This document shows positions 29,325 to 39,802 of a stretch of 64,000 nucleotides of DNA, in pieces (position 1 is the stretch's first letter; every line of letters begins with the position of its first letter). The stretch is taken from assembly GCA_963555755.3 (NCBI GenBank), contig OY820905.2, positions 4,384,001-4,448,000 of the forward strand, in the 5' to 3' direction. Source of the stretch: Nitrospirales bacterium. Its GTDB lineage: Bacteria; Nitrospirota; Nitrospiria; Nitrospirales; UBA8639. The position numbers and the translations under genes were made by a program. The notes beneath the pieces were generated by a model, which did not search any database, had not been told where the DNA came from, and worked only from the letters and a program-made list of their open reading frames with translations.

Positions 29325-30749
29325 ATGAGCAATTCACCCGCGCAAATTCTGATCGTTGAAGACGAAAGTGATGTGCGAGAGGCACTGTTAGCGCAACTTC
29401 AGATCGAAGGGCATCAAATCGTTGAAGCCCGTTCGGGAAGTGACGCAATTGAATTGGTATCCCAGCAGTCCTTTGATGTGGTGTTGACCGATGTCCAAAT
29501 GCCCGGGCTGAATGGGATTGAGCTGCTCAAACGGATTGCACCAATGCCTTCTGCACCAGCGACTATCGTGATGACGGGATATGGGACTATATCCATGGCC
29601 TGTGAGGCTATGAAAGCTGGGGCCCATGGCTTTTTGGAAAAACCGTTTAGTGGCGAAATCTTACTGGCTACCGTTGCCAGCGCTCTTCGCATGAGGCGGT
29701 TGGGAAATGAAAACGTAGAATTGCGTCGGACCGTACAAGGCCAATTTGGCTTCGGAAAATTGGTGAGTCAGAGCGAGGTCATGAAAGAAGTCTTTCGACT
29801 GATCGAATGTGTGGCTGATTCTGAGGGAACCGTTCTGCTTCTCGGAGAAAGCGGAACCGGGAAAGAACTGCTTGCGCAAACGATCCATTACAACAGTTCT
29901 CGGCGGAAAGGGCCGTTGGTTCCGGTGAATTGTGGTGCGATTCCCGAATCGTTGCTCGAAAGCGAATTGTTTGGTCATGAAAAGGGCGCCTTTACCGGCG
30001 CCATAGCGACAAAAGTTGGGCGGTTTGAATTGGCGGAAGGCGGCACCATTTTTTTAGACGAAATTGGTGACCTCAGTCCGCCGCTTCAGGTGAAAATTCT
30101 ACGTGTTCTTCAGGAACGAACCTACGAACGGGTAGGTGGCGTTCGAACGTTAAAAACGGATGCCCGAGTCGTGGCGGCAACGAATCAGGACCTGGAAGAA
30201 CTCGTGAGTACCAAGCGATTTCGTGAAGACCTTTTTTATCGTCTCAATGTGGTTCCGATCATGGTTCCACCACTCCGGCAGCGGAGTGGGGATATCCCGC
30301 TGTTGATTCATCACTTCATTGAACAACTCAATATACGGCGTAACGCCTCTTTGACTGATTGTTCACCAGAAGCTTTCAGGTTATTGTCAGAATATCAATG
30401 GCCAGGTAACGTTCGGGAGCTTGCGAATTTAATAGAACGGGTTGCCATTTTGAAGCGAAAGGGACAAATTGAGGTTGCCGATCTTCCGGAAAAATTTCGG
30501 CGACCCAGTGTGGTTCCTTCATTATCAACCTCTCCTTCCATTCCTGGCGCGGGTATCGATCTGGGCCGAGTTGTTGAAGAATTCGAGAATCGGTTAATTC
30601 TGGAAGCGCTCGAGCGGACCAATTGGGTTAAAAGCCGGGCCGCACAGTTACTTCAGATCAATCGCACCACACTCATTGAAAAACTTAAAAAACGATCGTT
30701 AGCTACCGCCGCCGCTCAACGTCAAGGCCCAGCTTCTCCATCCTCCTAA
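29325..30749 (+). CDS. sigma54-dependent response regulator (REC-AAA-HTH; FleQ/FlrA-like by position)
   Basis: GESGTGKE, GAFTGA, WPGNVREL and Fis-type HTH. Confidence 0.93.
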   Translation: MSNSPAQILIVEDESDVREALLAQLQIEGHQIVEARSGSDAIELVSQQSFDVVLTDVQMPGLNGIELLKRIAPMPSAPATIVMTGYGTISMACEAMKAGAHGFLEKPFSGEILLATVASALRMRRLGNENVELRRTVQGQFGFGKLVSQSEVMKEVFRLIECVADSEGTVLLLGESGTGKELLAQTIHYNSSRRKGPLVPVNCGAIPESLLESELFGHEKGAFTGAIATKVGRFELAEGGTIFLDEIGDLSPPLQVKILRVLQERTYERVGGVRTLKTDARVVAATNQDLEELVSTKRFREDLFYRLNVVPIMVPPLRQRSGDIPLLIHHFIEQLNIRRNASLTDCSPEAFRLLSEYQWPGNVRELANLIERVAILKRKGQIEVADLPEKFRRPSVVPSLSTSPSIPGAGIDLGRVVEEFENRLILEALERTNWVKSRAAQLLQINRTTLIEKLKKRSLATAAAQRQGPASPSS

Positions 30750-30911
30750 CACCCGCTCTCTGGTTGACAGTGAGACTGTTGAAAATCCTGCCCTCCCCAG
30801 GCCCCCCACCCTAGTAGTGTTGTTAGAGACGTGAAGTGTGGAAGAAACCCACGTGGATCTTTATCTCCCCTATCCTTCACGAATCTGGTTTTCCTTGGTC
30901 CCACACCGCAA

Positions 30912-31109
30912 GGGACTGTTAAACAATTGAAATATTTTCATTATCCCGTCCGCATGTGATCCATTTCGTAAACTTCAAGAGCAAGAGGGGATGTTGAAAA
31001 AGGTGCGCTCAGCAAGGCCGCAGGCGCTTTGGCGCGCGGAGCGTACTCATAGTACGTGAGCACGACAAAGGGCCGAGAACGCCGCTGACGCCCTTTTCCA
31101 ACATTCCCC
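30912..31109 (+). mobile_element. long-form MITE A
   Basis: Same leader and core as 29088 and 36371. Confidence 0.8.
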
Positions 31110-31234
31110 CCTGCCAGGATTTTTGACTCTCGCGTCAACCCACTGACGGCGTTCCCCTTCTTTTCCCCGGTCCATTCGGTAATATTTCTCTCAGATTCCC
31201 TGTGTTCATTGGTAGATACAGCATTCGGTAAAAG

Positions 31235-31250
31235 TGGTCCAAAAATTGCT
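31235..31250 (+). promoter_or_regulatory. sigma54 -24/-12 promoter
   Basis: TGGTCCAAAAATTGCT (GG-N10-GC); upstream palindrome CGTCAACCCACTGACG at ~31133-31148. Confidence 0.6.
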
Positions 31251-31260
31251 CAAGGTTTGT

Positions 31261-33357
31261 ATGGGCAAAAAAGGATGTGGTGGTGTGGCGCGTCTTCTGA
31301 CGATTTATGGATTGGTCCTAATGCTGACATTTGCCTTTTCACAATCTGGTGAGGCTTCGTCTTGCCACACGTTTCCCTGGGAGGATACTGGGACAACCGA
31401 GACCCTTCCCCAGGCATTGTTGCAAGGGCGGCAGGCCATGGAGGATGGGTTTGCCAAAGAGGCTGTTCAGCAGTTTCAGACTTTTATTCGTGAACATCCT
31501 CAGGATAAGAAAAGCATTGGGGCCCGGTTCGCCTTAGCGACCGTGTTGGCCTCGCGAAAAGACCAGGATGACGCGTTTTTGGAAACCATTGGACATCTGC
31601 AGTCCGTGCGTGGGCGATATCCTGATAGCGAGTATAGTGCGTGGGCGTTGTGTCAGATCGGGAATTTATACCTTCAAGCGGGTTGGTCCCCTGAGGCCAA
31701 GGGTTCGTTTGAACAATTTTTTGAAGCCTACCCTGATCACCCGTTAACTCCTGGTGTACTCATTGGGGCAGCCACGAATTTTCTGAACAACCAACAAAGC
31801 CTTGAAGCCACACTCATCTTTCGTCGCGTCTTAACCAAGCCTGCGTGGAATGAGTTTTATCTCGAAGCCGCGCTGGGGTTGGCGGATGGGGCGGCGATGT
31901 CTAAGGCCTGGAAACAAGCGCAGTATTGGTATGAAACAGTGGCGTTGGAAGCGCCCGAATTGTTACGAGCTTCAGCCCCCTCTTTGTATCGGCGGGGACT
32001 GACCCAATTGGCTGTGGGTCAAACCGAAAATGCGATGGAACAATTTCTCAGCGTATTCAATTTACATCCCTTTCACCACGATGCAGGACGGGCACTCAAT
32101 CGTCTGGCGGAATTGCTTGGGGAGCAGGGGAAGGATGTTCCCTCACTCTGGTTTGCGTACTTGGCCGTGAAACGATTTCCCGGAGAGGCACAAGCCTATG
32201 CGGGGGAGGCGGCGATTCTTCGATGGGCGCAAGCCGATCTGAAGAAAGGGCGGGATGTGGTGTTTCATGGCGAGGTGCGTCCACGATTGGCTGAATTAGG
32301 AGTCCCTCTTCCCATCACATGGAACGAATTTCGGCGGCAGGCCGCTCGATTAGTCATGGTGGCAGGAGCCGACGTAAGGGATGAGGCCTCGTTCTGGATT
32401 GCGGAAAGTTATGAGGTTGAAGGCAATCATGAGGAAGCCATGCGGCGATATATTCATTTAATGGGTTCGCGAAGTGGAATGAAATGGGGAAGGCAATCCG
32501 GGGAATCCGTCAAGAAACTTCTCCTGACGTTTGCCGATCAAGAGGATTGGGTTCGGCTTGCTTCGTTTTTCGACGTGTATCCGAATCTTTTTGCGGTGCT
32601 TTCTCCAGGCCCACAGTTGATGTACGTGATGGGTGAAGCCTACCGACACTTACAACTTCCCGAGCATGCTCTGGAATGGTACGACCGGGTGTTAACCAAA
32701 CATCCATCTGCCTCGATTCGGGAGGACGCCTTAGCCCGGAAAGTCTTGGTCGCGACCACAATCCATGATGAGGCTGCGACACAAGAAGCAGGGCAATTAT
32801 ACGAAAACGAATTTCCCGAGGGCCGATGGATTATCGATGTGGCCTCTCAATTAGGGGCTCTGGCCTTGCGGCAACACGCGTTTCAAGACGCTCACATGCA
32901 CTATGCGATCGTCCTGGCCCATGCCACGGATGAAAAAACCCGTGTAGAGATACGGCGACGCGTGCTCCGTATTCACTATCAGGCAGGCGACATCGACAAA
33001 GCCATTCAAGGGTATCAAGGGCTCATTCGCGACAAGGTCGCGACGAATAATGATCGATTGGTGTATGCCGATCTCTTGTTTGACGCGGGACGAACTCAAG
33101 ATGCGAGCCGTGAGTATACCCAATTAGTTGAGACGCTCGAATCCTCCGATCGGCGAGTGTGGGCCCAATACCGTTTGGCCATGAGTTACCAGGCGCAGGG
33201 ACAGGTCGATAAATCGAAGCAATTGCTGATTCAATTGGCCACGTCTCAAGAACTCACCGGAGCATTTGGTCCAACCATTCGAGCAGCCGCGGCTGCACAG
33301 AATATGGCGTTAGACCTTGTCGCCACAAAGGAGACCCGTGAGAAAAACCAAAAGTAG
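31261..33357 (+). CDS. exported tetratricopeptide-repeat protein
   Basis: Signal-peptide-like N-terminus and repeated TPR patterns (F..F...YP). Confidence 0.85.
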   Translation: MGKKGCGGVARLLTIYGLVLMLTFAFSQSGEASSCHTFPWEDTGTTETLPQALLQGRQAMEDGFAKEAVQQFQTFIREHPQDKKSIGARFALATVLASRKDQDDAFLETIGHLQSVRGRYPDSEYSAWALCQIGNLYLQAGWSPEAKGSFEQFFEAYPDHPLTPGVLIGAATNFLNNQQSLEATLIFRRVLTKPAWNEFYLEAALGLADGAAMSKAWKQAQYWYETVALEAPELLRASAPSLYRRGLTQLAVGQTENAMEQFLSVFNLHPFHHDAGRALNRLAELLGEQGKDVPSLWFAYLAVKRFPGEAQAYAGEAAILRWAQADLKKGRDVVFHGEVRPRLAELGVPLPITWNEFRRQAARLVMVAGADVRDEASFWIAESYEVEGNHEEAMRRYIHLMGSRSGMKWGRQSGESVKKLLLTFADQEDWVRLASFFDVYPNLFAVLSPGPQLMYVMGEAYRHLQLPEHALEWYDRVLTKHPSASIREDALARKVLVATTIHDEAATQEAGQLYENEFPEGRWIIDVASQLGALALRQHAFQDAHMHYAIVLAHATDEKTRVEIRRRVLRIHYQAGDIDKAIQGYQGLIRDKVATNNDRLVYADLLFDAGRTQDASREYTQLVETLESSDRRVWAQYRLAMSYQAQGQVDKSKQLLIQLATSQELTGAFGPTIRAAAAAQNMALDLVATKETREKNQK

Positions 33358-34561
33358 GTTTGCATCACTCGTGGTTCCCCCGTTGGGCCAGGAAATCGGT
33401 GCGACGAACATCGGCGTTCGGGAACCGAGTCATGTGCGACCGCAAGACCTGGAGTTGGAGCTTCGGGCGAGCACGCTTGCCTTGGAATCAAAACTTCAGG
33501 AAAACGCCCGCTTGAAACAACAAGGTGAGGTGTTAATTGGAAATCTTGAAGTAGGAGTGATCGTCACGACTGCCACCGGCTGCGTGAGAGTTGCGAACAA
33601 AATGGCGGCGGATCTGCTGGGAACCACGCGAAAGAAAATGTTGGGTGTCCCGCTTGATCACATATGGGCTAGCAGTGGTTTGCCTGTGGTGCCGTGTTCC
33701 TCGATTCGGCATCACGACCGTTTTCTCACGTGTTATAACCAAGTCATCCCGACGTCAAGGCCTCGGGGAACAGGGGTGATCCGAATCATCAAAGACGTGA
33801 CTATGGTGGCGACGCTTCAGGATCAACTCGCCAATCAACAACGTCTAGCGGTTATGGGAGAAATGATTGGCACGATTGCCCATGAAATACGCAACCCCTT
33901 GGGGAGTATCGAATTATTTGCATCGTTGTTGGGTACGTCAATTCAAGATGATACCGAACGGCAAACATTGGCCAAGCAAATTACCACCGTGGTGCAAAGC
34001 CTTGACCAGGTGTTGTCCAATCTCTTGGTCATGACGAAGAACCTGACTCCCAATATTCGAGACGTGAGTCTCGATTCGATGGTTCATGATGTCATCATGA
34101 TGGGCATGCACGTGATTCGGGAACGGTCGATTTCGGTGTGCGAGGACCTTCGTACGTCGCCGCGAATGGTCTGTGTGGATGAACCCCTCTTGAAACAGGC
34201 CTTGCTGAATCTGCTTCTGAACGCGATCCAAGCTTCACTGGAAAACGGGGTGGTTGAGATTTCGAGTCGATGGGCGCCTATCGACTCCTCTCCTCAGGGT
34301 TTGCCCGGGCTGAAGGCTGGCATGCTGGGTCGAGAAGCGGTGGTCCTGAGTGTGCGAGACTCCGGGTGTGGAATACGAGAAGAAGATCAGGAACGCATGT
34401 TTGAGCCATTTTTCTCGAAGCGAAGAGGGGGGACGGGTTTAGGATTAGCCATTGTACGCCAGATTATGGACGTCCATCAGGGATGGGTGGAATGGACCAG
34501 TACACCGGGAGAAGGAACGACCATGACGTTGTGGGTTCCTCAAGGGCTCGCGCAAAAATAG
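33338..34561 (+). CDS. PAS sensor histidine kinase (FleS/FlrB-like)
   Basis: IAHEIRNPLG, NLLLNAIQA, DSGCGI and GTGLGL motifs; GTG start after AAGGAG. Confidence 0.92.
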   Translation: MRKTKSRFASLVVPPLGQEIGATNIGVREPSHVRPQDLELELRASTLALESKLQENARLKQQGEVLIGNLEVGVIVTTATGCVRVANKMAADLLGTTRKKMLGVPLDHIWASSGLPVVPCSSIRHHDRFLTCYNQVIPTSRPRGTGVIRIIKDVTMVATLQDQLANQQRLAVMGEMIGTIAHEIRNPLGSIELFASLLGTSIQDDTERQTLAKQITTVVQSLDQVLSNLLVMTKNLTPNIRDVSLDSMVHDVIMMGMHVIRERSISVCEDLRTSPRMVCVDEPLLKQALLNLLLNAIQASLENGVVEISSRWAPIDSSPQGLPGLKAGMLGREAVVLSVRDSGCGIREEDQERMFEPFFSKRRGGTGLGLAIVRQIMDVHQGWVEWTSTPGEGTTMTLWVPQGLAQK

Positions 34562-34700
34562 CTTCCCCTGTTTGGGCGTCGATCCATCCCGTCTGGCGGC
34601 GTTGCTCCTCCTTTCCATACGAGGAGTATGCGCAGTCCTCGCGCTTTGCCAGACAGGTGTCTCAGCACCCAAACAGGGAAAGTTATTCTTGCGCGAACCC
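34544..34700. mobile_element. MITE family F (157 bp)
   Basis: TIR GGG.TCGCGCAA.AATA; TSD CAA. Confidence 0.9.
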
Positions 34701-34717
34701 CAAGAAAGGGAGAGGTC

Positions 34718-36082
34718 ATGAAGGAATTGAGTGAGTATGATGAATCGGCCATTCTCGTGGTCGAAGATGATTCGAACATGCGGTTGGCCCTATCCAAGTC
34801 TCTCGGGGGACAGGGCTATCCCGTGGTGCTCGCCCATAATGGTTACGAGGCCTTGGAGTGTTTGGAAAAACAGCCAGCGTGGTTGGTGATTGCCGATGTC
34901 AACATGCCGGGAAAAGGTGGAATCGAGATGTTGCGTGAGATCCGGGCAGGAGGAAATTCGGTCCCGGTAGTTCTGATGACGGCCTACAGTACGGTGGAGA
35001 CGGCGGTGCAGGCGTTGAAACTGGGCGCAGCGGATTATCTTCAGAAACCGTTTCCATTTCAGCAATTGGAAAGCATGATTTCTCGAATACGTCATGAAAC
35101 ATTGGAATCTGACGAGGTGGGGCTACCTGATGTGGAGAAGGATCCATCCGTCGGGTTTCTCACCTGTAATGAGCGAGTCCGCCAAATTCTGAAAATGCTC
35201 GAAGCTGTGGCACCCAGTAATGCCACCGTGTTGATTCAGGGAGAAAGTGGAACAGGCAAAGAAGTTTTGGCTCGATACGTTCATAGCATCAGCCCCAGGG
35301 CCAACCGGCCGTTTGTGGCCGTGAATTGTGCGGCTTTGCCGGATGGGTTGTTGGAGAGTGAGTTGTTCGGCTTTGAAAAAGGCGCCTTTACCGGGGCCCT
35401 GGCCCGTCGGAGCGGAAAATTTGAATTGGCGCATCAGGGTACGCTGCTCTTGGATGAAATCGCAGAAATGAGTATAGGCCTGCAAGCGAAACTGCTTCGG
35501 GTTCTCCAGGAACGCGAAGTGGATCGGCTTGGCGCACGCCAGCCGATTTCCATTGATATCCGCGTGTTGGTCACCACCAATCGACATTTACATCAAGAAG
35601 TTCAAGCGGGGAACTTTCGCGAAGACTTGTACTATCGATTGAGTGTCATGCCCGTGACCCTTCCTCCGCTCCGTGAACGCCCGGAGGACATTATTTTGCT
35701 TGCTGAATATCTGGCAGAGCGATCGTTTAAAAGAAATCAGCGACCTGGCGGTGGGATTACCCCGGAAGCCCTTGCCTGTTTGAAATCCCGTCCTTGGCGC
35801 GGCAACGTCCGCGAATTGGAGAATGCCATTGAACGAGCGGTGTTGTTAGCCGACCGGGGACCCTTACGAATTGAGCATTTTGCTTTTGATGCAGAAGCCC
35901 CGCAGGTCACGCTGTCTGTGGAACCAACGGGTTCTATCTGGGAGATGGAGCGGGATTTGATTTTGCGAACATTGGAACGTCACGGGGGAAACCGTACGCA
36001 TGCCGCAAGAGAGTTGGGCATTAGTATTCGGACCATGCGAAATAAGTTGCGGGAATATCGTCAGTTGGGGATCCACGTTTAG
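34718..36082 (+). CDS. sigma54-dependent response regulator (FleR/FlrC-like)
   Basis: REC domain, GESGTGKE, GAFTGA and NRTHAARELGIS HTH. Confidence 0.93.
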   Translation: MKELSEYDESAILVVEDDSNMRLALSKSLGGQGYPVVLAHNGYEALECLEKQPAWLVIADVNMPGKGGIEMLREIRAGGNSVPVVLMTAYSTVETAVQALKLGAADYLQKPFPFQQLESMISRIRHETLESDEVGLPDVEKDPSVGFLTCNERVRQILKMLEAVAPSNATVLIQGESGTGKEVLARYVHSISPRANRPFVAVNCAALPDGLLESELFGFEKGAFTGALARRSGKFELAHQGTLLLDEIAEMSIGLQAKLLRVLQEREVDRLGARQPISIDIRVLVTTNRHLHQEVQAGNFREDLYYRLSVMPVTLPPLRERPEDIILLAEYLAERSFKRNQRPGGGITPEALACLKSRPWRGNVRELENAIERAVLLADRGPLRIEHFAFDAEAPQVTLSVEPTGSIWEMERDLILRTLERHGGNRTHAARELGISIRTMRNKLREYRQLGIHV

Positions 36083-36204
36083 CCAGGTGTTGAAAAAGGC
36101 CGCCAGCGGCGTTCTCGGGAATTTGCCGTGCTCACGTACTGCTGTACGCTCCGCGCGCCAAATCCCCTGCGGCCTTGCTGGACGGACCTTTTTGAACACC
36201 TGGC
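36082..36204 (-). mobile_element. MITE family A
   Basis: TIR GCCAGGTGTT.AAAAAGG. Confidence 0.85.
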
Positions 36205-36341
36205 GGGTTTCGAATTTTAGAGTAAGAGAACGTGAACCGTCATAGGCAAGGATTGCTTGTCGGCAAGAATGGACTGGTTGTTTGTTCCTGGTTTGGTAGA
36301 GGAGACAATGAAAAACTCAGTGCACGCCAAGAAAGAGAGGA

Positions 36342-36357
36342 TGGCACTGAGGTTGCT
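36342..36357 (+). promoter_or_regulatory. sigma54 promoter of the flgB operon
   Basis: TGGCAC-N5-TTGCT consensus match. Confidence 0.85.
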
Positions 36358-36370
36358 ATCTTTCTGGTAG

Positions 36371-36590
36371 GGGACCGTTGAATAATGGAAACTTTTTCAT
36401 AATGCCGTTCACAGGTGGCTCATCTTATGAAACGCCAAGAGCAAGAGGGGATGTTCAAAAAGGTGCGTTCAGCAAGGCCGCAGGCCCTTTGACGCGCGGA
36501 GCGTACTCATAGTACGTGAGCACGACAAAGGGCTGAGAACGCCGCTGACGCCCCCCCGCCTCCGCGGGGGCATGCTTTTTCAACATTCCC
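36371..36590 (+). mobile_element. long-form MITE A in the flgB leader
   Basis: TGGTAG direct repeat at 36365-36370 and 36591-36596. Confidence 0.85.
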
Positions 36591-36609
36591 TGGTAGGGAG
36601 GGGAACGCC

Positions 36610-37017
36610 ATGGTCATTACGCCTTGGGATGGGGGAACAAAACTCTATGAGCACGCGCTCAATGTGCGAGGGGCGATTCATGAAACCGTCGCTGCGAATA
36701 TTGCTAATGAAGAAACTCCCGGGTATCGCGCCATGCATTTACCGTTTCACAAGGCTTTGCAGTCTGCGGTTCAAGGGAATGGCCCTCTTCTACCTACGAA
36801 GAGCCATGCTCGCCATTTGCCGGTGATCAATGAGGGTGATCGTCCGTTTCTTTCAGTGACGACGCCCAACAGTGGAGGGGGAGCCGATCAAAATACCGTG
36901 AACCTCGAAGAGGAGCTGACGCTCATGGCAGAAAACAATCTCATGTACATGGCCCTGTCACAATTTTTAGCCGGCCGGTTCGATGCATGGCGGAACGCGA
37001 TTAATGAAGGGCGATAA
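36610..37017 (+). CDS. flgB: flagellar basal-body rod protein FlgB
   Basis: AANIANEETPGY and NTVNLEEE motifs. Confidence 0.92.
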   Translation: MVITPWDGGTKLYEHALNVRGAIHETVAANIANEETPGYRAMHLPFHKALQSAVQGNGPLLPTKSHARHLPVINEGDRPFLSVTTPNSGGGADQNTVNLEEELTLMAENNLMYMALSQFLAGRFDAWRNAINEGR

Positions 37018-37122
37018 TTAAAAAACCTCGTTCGTATCTCGTTCCTCGTATTTCGTAACAGACTGAAATGCACACGACGAAATACGAACGACGAGATGCG
37101 AGAAACGAAACAAGGAGGCAGC

Positions 37123-37566
37123 ATGAATATTGATCGATTGTTTTCGGTAGTCGGATCCGCGCTCAGTGCGCAACGTCAACGACTGAACATCATTGCGGGA
37201 AATCTGGCGAATGCAGGATCTACGCGTTCCCCGGATGGTGGTCCGTATATCCGTCGAGACGTGGTGTTTCAATCTACTCAGCAGAGCTCACCTTTCAACC
37301 AGGTTTTTTCGGTAGCATTTGGAGGGGTGGCCGAGCCGAATGGCGTGCGGATCTCGCGAATCATTGAGGATCAACGACCTTCACGGCAAGTGTACGACCC
37401 CAAACATCCGGATGCCGATGACAAGGGGTTCATAGCCATGCCCAACGTGAATGCTGTGGAGGAGATGACTAATCTCTTGTCCACTTCGCGATCCTATGAA
37501 GCGAACCTTGCAGTGCTCGATGCAGGAAAAAGCATGGTGCTGAGAGTCTTGGACTTGGCTCGATAA
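37123..37566 (+). CDS. flgC: flagellar basal-body rod protein FlgC
   Basis: NLANA, YDPKHPDAD and MPNVN..EEM..RSYEAN motifs. Confidence 0.96.
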   Translation: MNIDRLFSVVGSALSAQRQRLNIIAGNLANAGSTRSPDGGPYIRRDVVFQSTQQSSPFNQVFSVAFGGVAEPNGVRISRIIEDQRPSRQVYDPKHPDADDKGFIAMPNVNAVEEMTNLLSTSRSYEANLAVLDAGKSMVLRVLDLAR

Positions 37567-37699
37567 CAGACGTGATGCGTGAAGCGTGATCCGTGAAGCG
37601 TAGGGGGGGACGATTTTCCTATATTTACGCATCACGCATTACGTATCACGGGTCACGATTTTTGAACAACCACTGTTGCTATGAAGACGAGGAGTTTCC

Positions 37700-38005
37700 A
37701 TGGATGATCTCACAATTCGAGGGTTTGAATCGCTGGCCGGAATTAATGAGCGTGGGGTGGTCACACCTGGTCGGCAAGTAGAGTCACAAGGTTTTGTGGA
37801 GTTATTGAAAGGCGCAATCGACAATGTGAATCAGATTCAGCATGAGTCGGGACGCCTGCAAGGTGCTGTGGCGCGTGGTGAAAACATGAACATTCATCAA
37901 GCCATCATCGCCGGCGAAAAGGCTGGATTGTCATTTCAGTTGATGATGCAAGTGCGAAACAAACTGCTTGATGCGTATCGAGAAGTATCACGATTACAGC
38001 TCTAG
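37700..38005 (+). CDS. fliE: flagellar hook-basal body protein FliE
   Basis: QVRNKLLDAYREV motif. Confidence 0.95.
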   Translation: MDDLTIRGFESLAGINERGVVTPGRQVESQGFVELLKGAIDNVNQIQHESGRLQGAVARGENMNIHQAIIAGEKAGLSFQLMMQVRNKLLDAYREVSRLQL

Positions 38006-38164
38006 GCGTGAAGGGTGAAGGGTGAAGCGTAACAAACTTGTCGCCCCTCATTAGTTTACTCATCACTCATTACCCTTTACGCATGACATGCTTGAACAAT
38101 GAAGAATAAACACTTTTCGGTACTCATCACGCATTACGTATTACGAACAAGGTAAATTCAAACG

Positions 38165-39802
38165 ATGGCTGAGAACGAAGAAGGCGTCACATTTACTCTG
38201 GATAACGTCAAGCAAAATTTTCAGCGACTCACTTCTATTCAGCGTATGGGATTGCTGGCCCTGCTGGCGTTAGGGCTTGCCGCGATTCCCGTACTGATGC
38301 TCATGGGGAGTGAGCCGGATATGACCGTGTTATTCTCGAACCTCGAGGAGGCTGATGTCCAAGCCATTGCGGGTCGTCTGGAAGCCCAACAGATTCCTTT
38401 TTCCATGGTGGGCAACGGGAATACCATTCTCGTACCCAATGATCAGGTTCATAAATTGCGCATGCAAATGGCTGGGGAAGGGCTGCCGGAAGCCAGTGGC
38501 GTGGGGTTTGAAATCTTCGATCGGACGAGCCTGGGAGTGGGGGAGTTTGCCCAAAAGGTTAACTTCCGTCGTGCGCTACAAGGGGAATTGGCGCGGACCA
38601 TTGGGCAGATGCCCGGTGTGCAACGGGCTCGGGTTCATATCGTGATTCCCGAACGTCGATTATTTACGAAAGATCGAGAACCCGCTCGGGCTGCAGTCGT
38701 GGTGACTTCGAAGCGCGGAGGAATGTTGACTCAGGACCAGGTCGAAGGGGTGGTCCATTTAATCGCCAGTAGTGTGGAGGGACTGGACCCCTCTCAGGTG
38801 ACGGTTGTGGATAGCCGTGGCCACGTATTGAGCCGACCCCAACAGGAAGGACAAGTGGAATTAAGCGGATCGCAGTCTGAATTGCAACGAGCGATTGAAA
38901 CGGATTTTGAACGTCGAGTGCAGACGATGTTGGATCAGGTCTTGGGTCTGAACAAGTCCGTCGTTCGCATTACCGCGGCGCTGGATTTTCGACAGGTGGA
39001 GGTGACCGAGGAGCAGTTTGATCCTGAAACACAGGTTGTGAGAAGCGAGCAACGGAGTCAGGAAAAGGTGAGCGGAAGCGATGGGCCTGCCGGGGTTCCT
39101 GGTACCCGGTCGAATGTGCCAAACGAAGATCCCCCCGAAGAAAACAATAGCAACAAAGAGGCCAAGCGAAAATCCGAAACCATCAATTATGAGATCAATC
39201 GAAAAATCAGCAAAGTGGTTGAGCCGAGCGGGACGATCCAACGCCTGTCCGTGGCCGTTTTAGTGGATGGATCCTATGAGACAGTCGTGAACGAGGAATC
39301 CGGAGAAACAACCTCCCAGTATGTGCCACGCGGTGAAGAGGAAATGGCGAAATTGGAGGAAAGTATCAAAAAAGCCGTCGGGTTTTCAGAAGACAGAGGG
39401 GATCAAATTGAGGTCGTCAATTATCCCTTTGAGAAAGCTACGCCCGATGCTGACGAACAATCGACGATTCGTGGGGTGGAAGATTTCCTTCACGTGTGGG
39501 GTGGATACCTTAAGCCGATCGTCTTCTTGTTGCTGGGCCTGTCCGTGTTGATGCTCGTGGTGAAGCCGCTGGTCAAAAACCTGATTGAACCGGTCATGTC
39601 CTCAAAGGCCACGCTCTTGCCCTCAGGGTTGCCGGCGACGGTTGCCGAGATAGAGGCTCAGGAAGTAGAGAAAGTGAAAGTGATCACTCCCGAGCAAAAG
39701 GCCCTGACCCTGGCCGTTCAAAATCCACAAGCCGCAGCCTATGTCATTCGGGAATGGATCAAGGAAGAGAACCAGGCCGAGACGGCGGTTGAGGTGAAAT
39801 AA
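38165..39802 (+). CDS. fliF: flagellar MS-ring protein FliF
   Basis: GFEIFD, RALQGELARTI and ARVHIVIP motifs. Confidence 0.96.
   Translation: MAENEEGVTFTLDNVKQNFQRLTSIQRMGLLALLALGLAAIPVLMLMGSEPDMTVLFSNLEEADVQAIAGRLEAQQIPFSMVGNGNTILVPNDQVHKLRMQMAGEGLPEASGVGFEIFDRTSLGVGEFAQKVNFRRALQGELARTIGQMPGVQRARVHIVIPERRLFTKDREPARAAVVVTSKRGGMLTQDQVEGVVHLIASSVEGLDPSQVTVVDSRGHVLSRPQQEGQVELSGSQSELQRAIETDFERRVQTMLDQVLGLNKSVVRITAALDFRQVEVTEEQFDPETQVVRSEQRSQEKVSGSDGPAGVPGTRSNVPNEDPPEENNSNKEAKRKSETINYEINRKISKVVEPSGTIQRLSVAVLVDGSYETVVNEESGETTSQYVPRGEEEMAKLEESIKKAVGFSEDRGDQIEVVNYPFEKATPDADEQSTIRGVEDFLHVWGGYLKPIVFLLLGLSVLMLVVKPLVKNLIEPVMSSKATLLPSGLPATVAEIEAQEVEKVKVITPEQKALTLAVQNPQAAAYVIREWIKEENQAETAVEVK

Noticed and set aside
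36243..36256. Second sigma54 site AGGCAAGGATTGCT
   Set aside because: GG-to-GC spacing is 8, not 10.
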